Below are positions 1-9,246 of a stretch of 64,000 nucleotides of DNA, in pieces. Source of the DNA: Candidatus Latescibacterota bacterium (GTDB lineage Bacteria > Latescibacterota > CBDEFO01); NCBI GenBank assembly GCA_965248755.1, contig OZ252149.1, positions 1,856,001 through 1,920,000 of the forward strand, in the 5' to 3' direction. The translations under genes were made by a program, and so were the position numbers. A model generated the notes under the pieces. It saw nothing but the letters and a program-made list of their open reading frames with translations. It was not told where the DNA came from and ran no database searches. Every line of letters starts with the position of its first letter. Position 1 is the stretch's first letter.

Positions 1-43
1 GTACCTCAAACAAAATATCGGGCTTCACTAACCTTAATGACAT
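1..43 (-). CDS. 5' start of a gene running off the window edge (MSLRLVKPDILFEV...), probable next gene cassette, possibly GNAT-like
   Basis: ATG at 43 preceded by AGGGAA, a few bp downstream of the attC R' site; only 14 codons visible. Confidence 0.35.
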   Translation of the reverse strand, partial: MSLRLVKPDILFEV

Positions 44-54
44 TTCCCTAAACG

Positions 55-114
55 TCCTAACGGCCAGCATCAACAGGGGCGCTCGGCGCCGTCCTCTGCA
101 TGCCGTTGTTAGCC
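55..114 (-). other. integron attC-like recombination site
   Basis: Minus strand GGCTAAC-AACGG-CATGCAG-AGGACGGCGC-CGA-GCGCC-CCT-GTTGATG-CTGGCC-GTTAGGA: R'' ...TAAC and R' GTTAGG boxes, L''/L' pair with one unpaired base, GC-rich central hairpin, 4 bp after the UDG stop. Confidence 0.7.
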
Positions 115-118
115 CCAA

Positions 119-700
119 TCATCGGGAAAGAACCTCTGACACACGTGTCCGAAGCGATGGGAGCAGCTCGGCCTCGAACCACGGATTTCGGCGCAGCCAC
201 AGGTTGTTTCTCGGGCTGGGGTGTGGAAGCGGAACCATTTGTGGCCAATAGGTACGCCACGACTTCACCTGTTCCGTCAGGGAGGAACTCACTTTACCGA
301 AGTGGTGGGCTTGCGCGTACTGTCCGAGCACCAACGTCACCTCCAGGTGGCGAAGCTGTCCAAGAAGCTGTTCGCGCCAAGCGGGGGCACACTCGGGTCG
401 TGGTGGAAGGTCTCCCGACTTTCCTGAACCGGGGAAGCAGAAGCCCATCGGCAGAATCGCGATCTGCTCCGGGTCGTAGAACACTTCGCGTGTCACACCC
501 AACCATCCGCGCAAGCGATTTCCACTGACGTCATCGAACGGAACACCTGATTCATGAACCTTTTTTCCTGGAGCTTGCCCCGCAATTAGAACCCTTGCCT
601 TCGGGTGCAACTGAAGGACAGGCCGAGGACCGAGCGGTAAGTGATCCTCACAGATGGTGCAGGCTCGAACCTCAGTTAGCAAGGACGAAAACGACGTCAT
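119..700 (-). CDS. uracil-DNA glycosylase superfamily protein
   Basis: Motifs C-x2-C...GPRPV, GQAPG, GVPFDDxSGxRLR, MGFCFPG, LPHPSPRN; start placed at MTSFSS (700) because the longer ORF runs into the hsdR remnant and the IS end. Confidence 0.85.
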   Translation of the reverse strand: MTSFSSLLTEVRACTICEDHLPLGPRPVLQLHPKARVLIAGQAPGKKVHESGVPFDDVSGNRLRGWLGVTREVFYDPEQIAILPMGFCFPGSGKSGDLPPRPECAPAWREQLLGQLRHLEVTLVLGQYAQAHHFGKVSSSLTEQVKSWRTYWPQMVPLPHPSPRNNLWLRRNPWFEAELLPSLRTRVSEVLSR

Positions 701-745
701 GGCAGGCAATCTCTCAATACTTTTAAGAAACTCCTCAATCATTAG

Positions 746-2264
746 AAGCCATGTGAAATAGTTATGTCCTATGCAGCGTCTGAAGCGCCGATTATGGGTC
801 AAAGAGTAGCATATCGTATCGTTTTGCTATGGAATAAGCAAAATAGTCTCATCAGAGTTCTGGTCAGCAAGGAATAGGAGCTGTTTGAAGAACAGGATGC
901 ACTGTCTTTGACAGACAGGGCACACATAGACGCTTTCCCCCTTCTTATGAAAGATACAAGCCTCTTGAGATTCTGTACTGTTGCAACAAGATTCAACTGT
1001 TCATTCAGTGAGGCTAGTCCTCTGTAACGGGCTCGTCCCATACCGTGTTGTTGCTTGGCTTCAGCAAAGATATGTTCACTGCGTTTACGGAGTCTCTGGG
1101 AGAGTTTGTAGTCAGCTGTTAATGAGATAGACCGTGCATGATTTCTGGCTTTTGCCTCTCGCACTTTTCTATCCCGTTTGGCCTGAATATGTGCGAAATT
1201 TGTCTTGTTTTTCCATGTAGGAATCGGTTCAATCTTCTCATCGGCTCGCAGAGGAATATGGGGTATGATTCCCCGGTCAAGTACATCAGCGATAAAATTA
1301 CCAGAACCGTAACCGGTATCGGCACTAAGTGTCTGAATGTCTTTGGGCATGGTGTATGTTTCAAGGTCATCTACCATCTTAAGGGCACTTTCGGGCTCTG
1401 CTGTCCCTGTCGCCTGCGTGCCCTGAGTCTCAAGGATTACTCTGCTTTTTGTGTCGATCAGATCATGGCCCATAAACGAGAGAAAAGCCCCTTTGCCCTT
1501 CGATTTGCTGTATAAGCGCGCGTCGGGGTCTGTAGTCGAACGGTGTGTTTGGTTCGTCCACTTTTCACCATGAAAGTCTTTATCCTGAGGATGCCCAGAC
1601 CTACCCTTTGTCTTATCACCTTCAAAACCAATTCCCTTGAGATAATCATCAAGAGAAACAGGGGGTTCTATCGGCTCAATACTTTTCACTGAAGCATCAG
1701 CTTGTATCTGAGTGCCGTCGACACTAAGGTGTTTACCGCTCACAAGACCGACATCTATGCAACACTGGACTACCTGACGCATTATCCGTTCAAACAACCC
1801 ACTGGACGCCCACTTGTGATTGCGAAGCTTGTTGATTGTGCTCCTATCCGGAACCGCATCATCAAATGTCTGATGACAAAACAACCGATATGCCGCATGC
1901 ATCCCCACTTCCTGACAGAGCCGATTCTCACTGAAATTATACAGATAGCCAATAAGGATCATTCGAACAACTAATTCAGGATCAATACCGGGTCTGCCAT
2001 TGTCAGGGCAATAACAATCTGATACAACGTCTCGTACAAATGAAAAATCAACTGCCTCATCAATCTGACGAAGGATATGATCCTCGGGAACCATATCCTC
2101 CATCTGAAAATAGTGAAACATCGGATTTGTCTGTTCCTGCTTTTGTGGGGTCATTGTTTCCTCCATGTATAATATTATCAATAACATAATATAATACATC
2201 GGAGCTGCTTTATCAATGCTGTTCTTATACTGTTTTCTGAATCTAAGGGTTTTTCACAAGGCTT
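746..2264 (-). mobile_element. IS1182-family insertion sequence
   Basis: Imperfect terminal IRs AAGCCATGTGAAATA (746-760) / TTTTTCACAAGGCTT (2250-2264); 4-bp TTAG direct repeat at 742-745 and 2265-2268. Confidence 0.9.
799..2199 (-). CDS. IS1182-family DDE transposase
   Basis: VPEDHILR, GRPGIDP, VDGTQIQADAS, STTDPDARL, ADTGY, EHIFAEAKQQHG motifs; true start may be 2154 or 2167. Confidence 0.92.
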   Translation of the reverse strand: MYYIMLLIILYMEETMTPQKQEQTNPMFHYFQMEDMVPEDHILRQIDEAVDFSFVRDVVSDCYCPDNGRPGIDPELVVRMILIGYLYNFSENRLCQEVGMHAAYRLFCHQTFDDAVPDRSTINKLRNHKWASSGLFERIMRQVVQCCIDVGLVSGKHLSVDGTQIQADASVKSIEPIEPPVSLDDYLKGIGFEGDKTKGRSGHPQDKDFHGEKWTNQTHRSTTDPDARLYSKSKGKGAFLSFMGHDLIDTKSRVILETQGTQATGTAEPESALKMVDDLETYTMPKDIQTLSADTGYGSGNFIADVLDRGIIPHIPLRADEKIEPIPTWKNKTNFAHIQAKRDRKVREAKARNHARSISLTADYKLSQRLRKRSEHIFAEAKQQHGMGRARYRGLASLNEQLNLVATVQNLKRLVSFIRRGKASMCALSVKDSASCSSNSSYSLLTRTLMRLFCLFHSKTIRYATL

Positions 2265-2448
2265 TTAGGTTATCGATGAACTCAACAATTCAGTTTAATC
2301 ATTTGATTCGTGAAGGTCTCTTTGAAAATTAAGCCAGTTTCGCCACCTCTACGCCTTGGCGCATCTTCCGCCTTAATGTATTTTCAGCCAATTTCACAGG
2401 CATATTTGGATTAAGCTGTCCTGTACTGATGATTTCTCGGCACCCAGC

Positions 2449-2982
2449 TTAGACATTTTCAACCTGTATATTGGTATTAAATAATCTTGTTCTATTTTTG
2501 TGTTTTAGAATATCCAAGAGGAATTCTGCAGCTCTTAATTGTTGTTCTATTATCTCGACTAATTCATATAATTTATCGTTATGCATATTTTCTAAGGCCA
2601 GTGCAAAATCAAATCCAGCGTTATGTGTGAAAAATTTGTTAGTAATTACTTTCGTATTGCCAACTACAAGACCATATCGTAAATATGGATAAACTTCCTT
2701 ATGTTTAAGAGCTTTTGTTGAGTAAGTTAAAATATCGTGAGTTGAAAATCCTCCACATTTTGCTTCAATGACAACCAAAGGCAAATTGTTCTTTCTTATC
2801 AATAAGTCTGTCTGAAATGATAAGTTGCCTCTCCTAGGATTTTGTGGATCGCCTGGATTAAATTCACCATTTTCATTAACAATAACTTTGTAGATCAAAA
2901 CTTCACCTTTCTTAATTTCATAACCTTCCAGTGCTTTTCGAAGTTCTTTCAGAAGTGTTTCGGTAAATTCGGTTTCATTCAT
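2449..2982 (-). CDS. PD-(D/E)XK nuclease-like hypothetical protein inside the type I R-M remnant
   Basis: QTDLLI...VVIEAK motif; AT-rich; ATG overlaps the hsdS-like stop and its stop overlaps the hsdR-like ATG. Confidence 0.6.
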   Translation of the reverse strand: MNETEFTETLLKELRKALEGYEIKKGEVLIYKVIVNENGEFNPGDPQNPRRGNLSFQTDLLIRKNNLPLVVIEAKCGGFSTHDILTYSTKALKHKEVYPYLRYGLVVGNTKVITNKFFTHNAGFDFALALENMHNDKLYELVEIIEQQLRAAEFLLDILKHKNRTRLFNTNIQVENV

Positions 2983-3240
2983 TTTCAATCTCCAAATCTT
3001 TAACTCTGATTTTAGCAGTCATAAGGTTATGAAGCATCGATTTAGACAATTCTTCTAAAGCTGTTTTTTTGTTTTCTTCTTTTTGGATTTTTTCGTCAAT
3101 AGATGATAGGGTTAAAGCGATTTGTTGCTGGATTGGAATAGACGAATAGAATTATGGAGTATTTCCTGCAATTTGTTTATTTAATCCACTCCTGTCTTCA
3201 CCACGCGTCAACTTCCTAATGAAAGAGTATAAATGAGTAA
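2975..3240 (-). pseudogene. hsdS: type I restriction enzyme S subunit C-terminal remnant
   Basis: ...PIQQQIALTLSSIDEKIQKEENKKTALEELSKSMLHNLMTAKIRVKDLEIENE* matches the conserved HsdS terminal helix; in-frame stop upstream and no 5' half. Confidence 0.7.
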
Positions 3241-3349
3241 GAGTGCCAAAACATGGTGTTCTTTCCAGCGTGATAACAACGCCCTCAAAATTCGTTATGG
3301 TCGCCAAAGGATTCCTTTCGGTACTCGAAGGCGTCTGTCTCATTTTCAT
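3241..3349 (-). pseudogene. short fragment with DUF6438-like ITLERTPCFGT motif, fused to the hsdS remnant
   Basis: Motif stops abruptly where the hsdS-like sequence begins. Confidence 0.35.
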
Positions 3350-3876
3350 CTTATGTTTTTCCTTACTGTGAGTGTCTGCTGTATAAGAGCGTTGTCTTCC
3401 CTATTTATTCCTTTTACCAAGGCGTCTGGCTATCTAATGGAGCTTCCTGATACTCTTGTGAAGAAATTAAGAGATAAACTGGAAGCTTCGTATTCTCATC
3501 CAAGTATGTATTTTCAACCTGTTCCTTCAATCCTGAATTTACAAATTCTTTGTCGCTCTGTCAGGGGGAGCGATGTGAGTTCTACTTCCTTATGTTGATA
3601 TTGTCCGAAGCCAATGGCATATAACAGGAGACAACCGTATTCTTAAGTAACTCCGAATCCAAACTTAAAACACTGCGCACTTATTACCGCTCACTACGAC
3701 CTTATGCATAAACAGAAATCCCCAGTAAGTTCCTACCGGACACAACCGTAGTTCCGCATCCGCCTTTTCAACAACGGTCTCAATATATAGACCAAGCCCC
3801 CTCTTGTCAACTCCAAAATCGCATAGAACGGAGCGTTCTAACAAAAGGGGGCGTCTTTGTCCTATTATGGTGTTTT

Positions 3877-4506
3877 TTAAAGCTCTCCCAACACCTCTTC
3901 AAAAGAACCTACAGCTTTTGCCACGTCCGGCGCCGCTATGACCGCTGAGATGCAGGCCACTCCATTAGCCCCGGCATCTAAACACTCTGCCACCCTTTCG
4001 GGCCTTACGCCGCCTAAAGCGAAGATCGGTATTCTGAGCCTCTTTGCTGTCTCCTCAAGGAGCTTTAGCCGCACAGGGGGGCCATACTTGAGTTTAGAGT
4101 CGGTAGGGAATACAGGCCCGAAGGTCACAAAGTCCGCTCCGCGCTCCTGTGCGCGCAAAGCTCCCTCTATATCGTGGGTCGAGACGCCTATAAGAGAACC
4201 GTCTGTGAGGCTCTTTCTCGCTTCATCGGGAGGGATGCTCCTTTCGGCCAGGTGCACTCCCGAAGCCCCGAGGGCGCGGGCTATGTCGGCTCTGTCGTTT
4301 ATCAAAATACGGACTTCAAGCTCCTTCAGGGCCTCCTTCACATCTGATCCAAGCCGGAAAAGATCTATCGGGTCGAGGTCTTTCTCCCTGATCTGTACAG
4401 CCCTGACGCCGGCTTTACAGGCATCCTTTAAGACCTCAGTGAGTTGTCCTGCTCGACACTGCCTGCGGTCTGTTATGAGATACAGCCTGAAATCCACCGA
4501 ACTCAT
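3877..4506 (-). CDS. thiE: thiamine phosphate synthase
   Basis: LYLITDR, VQIREK, LINDRADIA, GVHL, GVSTH, GPVFPTDSK, ALGG; position in thi operon. Confidence 0.9.
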   Translation of the reverse strand: MSSVDFRLYLITDRRQCRAGQLTEVLKDACKAGVRAVQIREKDLDPIDLFRLGSDVKEALKELEVRILINDRADIARALGASGVHLAERSIPPDEARKSLTDGSLIGVSTHDIEGALRAQERGADFVTFGPVFPTDSKLKYGPPVRLKLLEETAKRLRIPIFALGGVRPERVAECLDAGANGVACISAVIAAPDVAKAVGSFEEVLGEL

Positions 4507-5285
4507 CAGGCCTCTATCAAATCCTCTATAGGACTTGAGGCAGTGGCGTAGAGCTTCTTGGGGATGCGGCCCGCTAGATACGCCAGTCTCCCGGACTCAA
4601 TGGCCAGCCGCATAGCCCGAGCCATCTTTATCGGATCCTTTGCGCCAGCGATACCCGTATTCATCAGGACACCATCACAGCCTAATTCCATAGCGATAGC
4701 AGCATCTGAGGCGGTTCCGACTCCTGCGTCCACAATGACCGGGATCTGTGCGTTCTCAAGTATGATCTTGATGTTGTAGGGATTCCTGATGCCCAGGCCC
4801 GAACCTATCGGCGCCCCCAGCGGCATAACGGCAGCACAGCCTATGTCCTCCAGTTTCTTGCATACGATTGGATCGTCATTTGTGTAGGGGAGGACTGTGA
4901 ATCCGTCCTTAACGAGGTGTTCTGAGGCTTCAAGGAGGGCGTTATTGTCCGGAAAGAGGGTCTTTTCATCCCCTATGACCTCTAACTTGACCAGACCAGT
5001 ACCCAGCGCCTCGCGGGCCAATTCGCACGTCAGTATCGCATCTTTAGCAGTGTAGCACCCGGCCGTATTGGGAAGGAGGGCGTACCTGTCCTTGTCAATA
5101 TAGTCCAGAAGCGATTCACCAGACGCATCGTTCAGGTTAATCCGCCTGATGGCCACCGTCACAAGCTCTGTCCCGCTGACCTCAAACGCCTGCGCCATCT
5201 CCTCGAAGCTTTTGTATTTTCCTGAGCCGAGTATCAGCCGCGAGGTGAAGGTCTTGCCGCCTAAAACGAGTTTATCGTCTTCCAT
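4506..5285 (-). CDS. thiG: thiazole synthase
   Basis: [53 protein letters not shown]. Confidence 0.97.
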   Translation of the reverse strand: MEDDKLVLGGKTFTSRLILGSGKYKSFEEMAQAFEVSGTELVTVAIRRINLNDASGESLLDYIDKDRYALLPNTAGCYTAKDAILTCELAREALGTGLVKLEVIGDEKTLFPDNNALLEASEHLVKDGFTVLPYTNDDPIVCKKLEDIGCAAVMPLGAPIGSGLGIRNPYNIKIILENAQIPVIVDAGVGTASDAAIAMELGCDGVLMNTGIAGAKDPIKMARAMRLAIESGRLAYLAGRIPKKLYATASSPIEDLIEA

Positions 5286-5568
5286 CTTTTTCTCATCTCC
5301 TTATCTATTGTAAATTCTCACAGTGCTGGCATTTTCGTAAGAGCCAGCTTACGCGGCCCGCGAGTGGGCGAGGCGCCGTGTCTACTTCGTGGCTTGTTGC
5401 CATCCCAGTAAAGCACGAAGTTCCCTCGCCCCTACATGCGTCGCTATGGAGTGGAGGGATCAAGCCATCCCCGAAAGATTCAATCGGGGAAGTGGTTCGC
5501 CCGATTGTCCGTATTTTCAGTGCAGACACATGGGCCTGCCCTCGAACGATCCCATCGGGGGTCTGCCC

Positions 5569-5796
5569 CTACAGATTTACCCCTCTGGCCACATCTCTTC
5601 CTCCGGCTACGGCCCGAATGATCTCGACCTTGTCCCCTTCGACGATGAGGGTCTCGTCAAGCTTCTCCCTGGGAACGACTGACATATTTAAGGCTACTGC
5701 TACAGCCTCCCTTTCTATTTCGAGAGAATCCATCAGGTCGGCCATAGTCTTTTTCTCTTCAAGCTCGTATTCTTGGCCGTTCAGCGTGATCTTCAT
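5569..5796 (-). CDS. thiS: sulfur carrier protein ThiS with 9-aa extension after GG
   Basis: MKITLNG...VAVALN..VVPR...GDKVEIIRAVAGG followed by RDVARGVNL*. Confidence 0.9.
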   Translation of the reverse strand: MKITLNGQEYELEEKKTMADLMDSLEIEREAVAVALNMSVVPREKLDETLIVEGDKVEIIRAVAGGRDVARGVNL

Positions 5797-5971
5797 GATA
5801 TCTTATTGGAGGTTTAACAAGCTGCCAGCATAAGGGAGACCCCGGATCCCCGACCCCCGATAGAGTCAATCGGGGGCTCAATCAGGGACTCGCTTTTACC
5901 TTTAGTCACTGCGCCGACCGCGAAGGAGAAGCGAAGCCGAACTAAGCTCCCAGTTTACAGACTAATGTCCA

Positions 5972-7126
5972 CTAATTTTGGGCGTTAAATCTGCTAAGTA
6001 AAAAGGGCTCCAGTGGGAAAGACGTATCTCCGGTCGTTATCAGGTCACAGATAAGCTTCCCAGTTACAGGGGCAAGCAGGATGCCGTTTCGATAGTGACC
6101 TACAGCCATTATCAACCCCGCAAGCTCTGTAGCCCCCAGTATCGGCAGTTTGTCCGGCGTGCCGGGCCTCAATCCCGCATATGTGGAGGAAAGAGAGCAG
6201 TTTTTCAATACGGGAGCCATCTCGAGTGCGCCGTTAAGAAGATAAGAGACCCCCTCTGCCGTCACGCGCTTGTCATACCCCGCATCCTCGACCGTGGAGC
6301 CGACAACCAGTTGGCCGTCCAGTCTGGGAACGAAATATCTCTTGGAATAGATAACGTGCTGGAATAGTGGTTCGGACCCCATATCCAATGCCAGAATCTG
6401 GCCCTTAACAGGCCTGACAGGAGGCCTTAAGCTTTCGTCAACTCCGCCTATAGTATTAGCCCAGCTTCCGGCGGCGTTTACGACCGTCTCACAGGTGAAG
6501 TCGCCGCCAGTCGTCCGAACCCCTGTGACTTTAGACCCTTGAGACATATTAGATCCCTGAGACATACTAGATCCTTGAGACATAATGGACAGGGCCTGGA
6601 CTCCCTGCACGATCTCCACCCCCGAATTTACGGCAGCAAGGGACAGGGCATAAGACAGCTTCCGATTTTCAACTTGACGATCCCATGGGAAATACAGAGC
6701 GCCCCGGATATCGGGGGACAGGTTGGGTTCCAGCTTCAGGACTTCGTCGGACGTAAGTTCCTGGCCCGGCAGCCCGCCGTGGAACTGCCAACCGTAGTCT
6801 TCCTTCAGTCTTTCGTATTCCGTCTCGTTAAATGCCGGCATAATCGCGCCCTGGGTGCGATATTCGACGTCCACTTCAGTTTCGTCCTTCAACTGTTCAC
6901 AGAAATCCGGGTAGAGTTCTCTGCTTTTAAGCAGAAGATCAAAGAAGGCCTCATGCTTTATGTTTTCGCACTGAGGGGCGAGCATCCCTGCGGCTGCCCA
7001 GGAGGCTTCGCGGCCCGGCTGTGACCTCTCCAGGAGTACGGCGCTTGCTCCATGTTTGGCAAGCTGTCGGGCTATGGCGAGCCCTATGACTCCTCCCCCG
7101 ATTACGATCACGTCAGCAGTCTTCAT
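5972..7126 (-). CDS. thiO: glycine oxidase
   Basis: GGGVIG FAD-binding motif, ASWAAAGMLAP, PVKGQ, GLRPGTPD, GHYRNGILLAP; thi operon context. Confidence 0.93.
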   Translation of the reverse strand: MKTADVIVIGGGVIGLAIARQLAKHGASAVLLERSQPGREASWAAAGMLAPQCENIKHEAFFDLLLKSRELYPDFCEQLKDETEVDVEYRTQGAIMPAFNETEYERLKEDYGWQFHGGLPGQELTSDEVLKLEPNLSPDIRGALYFPWDRQVENRKLSYALSLAAVNSGVEIVQGVQALSIMSQGSSMSQGSNMSQGSKVTGVRTTGGDFTCETVVNAAGSWANTIGGVDESLRPPVRPVKGQILALDMGSEPLFQHVIYSKRYFVPRLDGQLVVGSTVEDAGYDKRVTAEGVSYLLNGALEMAPVLKNCSLSSTYAGLRPGTPDKLPILGATELAGLIMAVGHYRNGILLAPVTGKLICDLITTGDTSFPLEPFLLSRFNAQN

Positions 7127-7147
7127 ATAAGTTATCTCTCTCTGCAC

Positions 7148-7215
7148 AAAAAAGCCGCTTCTCTGTCTCCGAAGAGCATTGAAGAACCCTCTTGGGCCCT
7201 TTGGAGGGAAGCGGC
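7148..7215 (-). terminator. putative riboswitch expression platform (GCCGCTT...AAGCGGC stem followed by U6)
   Basis: Inverted repeat 7154-7160 / 7209-7215 followed on the minus strand by TTTTTT, between the aptamer and thiO. Confidence 0.55.
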
Positions 7216-7237
7216 AAAAGAAACGGCTATATCTTTA

Positions 7238-7325
7238 GACTGCTTCCCTACGCTGGCATTAACCAGATCAGGTTCAAGGGGTTGTCCGACACGGGACTCT
7301 CAGATAGTTACACCCCCAGCAAGCC
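7238..7325 (-). ncRNA. TPP (thi-box) riboswitch
   Basis: Minus strand GGGGTG...CTGAGA...ACCCCTTGAACCTGATCTGGTTAATGCCAGCGTAGGGAAG, upstream of thiO. Confidence 0.95.
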
Positions 7326-7903
7326 TTTCAATAATAAACTGCCAAGAATATAGACAGAAGGACTACCTGGGCGATGAAATCGCCCCTACTTTATAATAAG
7401 CATTTTGCCTCGAATTATCAAGGGGGAAATTGATTTGATGTACGGTCGAAGATCAGAATCCTCAAGCGTGTCAGTCTATCTGGACACAGGTGAGTATTCT
7501 CTACGTATCCAGTCAAAATAGTAATTGTAGAGATCCAAGTTACTTTCTAAGCAAGTAGAACCCCAAATTATCATTCACAAGGATTCCAGGCTCAAAGTAT
7601 TGTTGATTCTCATGCTATAGCATGCCTCGGCATCCTAAACGACTGTACCCAGAAAACAGGGGCAATCCATTCTTAATTTGCTAATCCTCAACGATTTAGG
7701 GAAAAAGCTTATCAATGAAATAGCTGATCAGATCCCTTGGTCTAAAGCACTGAAAATCTCTGATTATAATCAGTTTGATACGTTCTCTGATTCATTGATC
7801 GCAGTTAAGAAATGCGACTTTGGACAATTAAATAATTGCGCCTGGTTAGGTTGCATGGTTGCGGACGAATGTCGTGATATTGGATTTGATGCGATGTTCA
7901 CGC

Positions 7904-8836
7904 TTATGCCTTCCCTTTCAGCTCAAATCCCTCCGATGGGTAGCGAAAGATAGGGGTGAGAGTTTTTGCTTTCTGTCTGAGGGAGTGCTGTTCGTCTTCT
8001 GAGAGAGGGATGAACTTGGGTGCCAGATCCAGTGCCATCCGGAAGAGTACTTCCTCGCCCGGTGGGATAGCGGCCGTCACCGGCTGGGAAAGCGTGAACC
8101 GCAATCCTTCATAGGCTTCTTCTTCAGTATCCAGAGGCTTGTACCAGGTTTTTTCCCAGTTCCTTGTTTCACCATTGTCCCATGCGCTTTTTGCCATTGA
8201 TTTCAACGCAAGCACCGCAGCGCCTTTGCTCTTTGCATAACTAATGAGCTGCTCTCCAAAGTTGCCGTTGTAATACGTAACAAAATTCACCGGCATAAGC
8301 ACCGAATTAAAATCATAGTATTTAAGCGCCGCCATCCCTGCCTCGATTGAATGTGCGGAGAAGCCAAGGAACCGAATCTTGCCTTCCTGCTTCAGTTTAT
8401 CCACCGCCTCTACCGCGCCTCCGGGTCCAAACGCCACTTCAACGTCCTCCTTCGATGTAAGAGCATGGATCTGGTAGAGATCAAAGTAATCGGTGCGAAG
8501 CCGCTCAAGTGACCTGTGAAAATCCTCCAGCAGCTCGTCACCTTTCCGCGCTGTGCTCTTGCAGGCAAGAAAACACTCCTTCCGAAAAGGCTCCAGCGCT
8601 GGCCCCAGCTTCTCCTCAGCATTTCCGTAAGCAGGGGCAACGTCAAAATAATTTATCCCGCGCTCGTAGGCCTCCCTGACCACCTGATTGGCGTGTTCCT
8701 GCTCCGCATTCATCACAACTATCCCGCCCATACCTATTAAGGATAAATGCTCTCCTGTATTCCCATAGGGCCTCTTCGGCATCGGCCCCGATGGGCTTTT
8801 TATATCCCTGGCAAGAACCTTATCTGTCGTGTTCAT
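7904..8836 (-). CDS. aldo/keto reductase
   Basis: GINYFDVAPAYGNAE, SLERLRTDYFDLYQIH, GKIRFLGFSAH; start placed at MNTTD behind an AAAGG RBS. Confidence 0.9.
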   Translation of the reverse strand: MNTTDKVLARDIKSPSGPMPKRPYGNTGEHLSLIGMGGIVVMNAEQEHANQVVREAYERGINYFDVAPAYGNAEEKLGPALEPFRKECFLACKSTARKGDELLEDFHRSLERLRTDYFDLYQIHALTSKEDVEVAFGPGGAVEAVDKLKQEGKIRFLGFSAHSIEAGMAALKYYDFNSVLMPVNFVTYYNGNFGEQLISYAKSKGAAVLALKSMAKSAWDNGETRNWEKTWYKPLDTEEEAYEGLRFTLSQPVTAAIPPGEEVLFRMALDLAPKFIPLSEDEQHSLRQKAKTLTPIFRYPSEGFELKGKA

Positions 8837-8959
8837 AGTGTTACCCTTTCTTTTAACCTTCTGCTGTGCAGACGGCAAGCCACGAAGTGGACAAGGCCCC
8901 CAGAGAAATCTTAGGAGTTGGCTGTCTGCTACTTCCCTATTAGGCTTCTCAGGATACTT

Positions 8960-9225
8960 CACCCGATTAATTCATAAACTTGGTGGAGTCATTGCGAGGA
9001 ACAAAGCGGTCCCCGATTGAGTCTGTCGGGGAAGAAATCTCAAGGTTTTATAGTGGTCTCCTATGAGAGCCGGAGAGTATTACATCTACCACAGTAACCC
9101 CCGATTAAATCTATCGGGGGGATTGCTTCGCCTCCGGATCGCAATGACACTGAAGGTGGTTAAACGTCATAACTATAATATAATCCTTCAATTAATACAG
9201 GGCCTTTTCTTGTGAATTATTCGGG
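8960..9225. mobile_element. non-coding MITE-like element flanked by 23-bp direct repeats
   Basis: CTATTAGGCTTCTCAGGATACTT at 8937-8959 and 9226-9248; imperfect 16-bp TIRs CCCGATTAATTCATAA / TTGTGAATTATTCGGG; internal REP-like palindromes. Confidence 0.7.
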
Positions 9226-9246
9226 CTATTAGGCTTCTCAGGATAC

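Larger units (their letters stand above)
701..2456 (-). pseudogene. hsdR: type I restriction enzyme R subunit N-terminal remnant (2265-2456 plus 701-745), interrupted by IS1182
   Basis: Removing the IS gives MSKLGAEKSSVQDSLIQ/YACEIG*KYIKAEDAPRRRGGETGLIFKETFTNQMIKLN/EFIDNLMIEEFLKSIERLPA, resembling HsdR N-termini, with frameshifts and a stop. Confidence 0.6.

Noticed and set aside
3600..3780. GCATATAAC and a repeated ACAACCGTA as a second attC/attI site
   Set aside because: Could not identify a matching partner box or a convincing hairpin by eye.
7678..7953. 91-aa plus-strand ORF between the riboswitch and the aldo/keto reductase
   Set aside because: TTG start, no recognisable motif, and it overlaps the convergent gene end.
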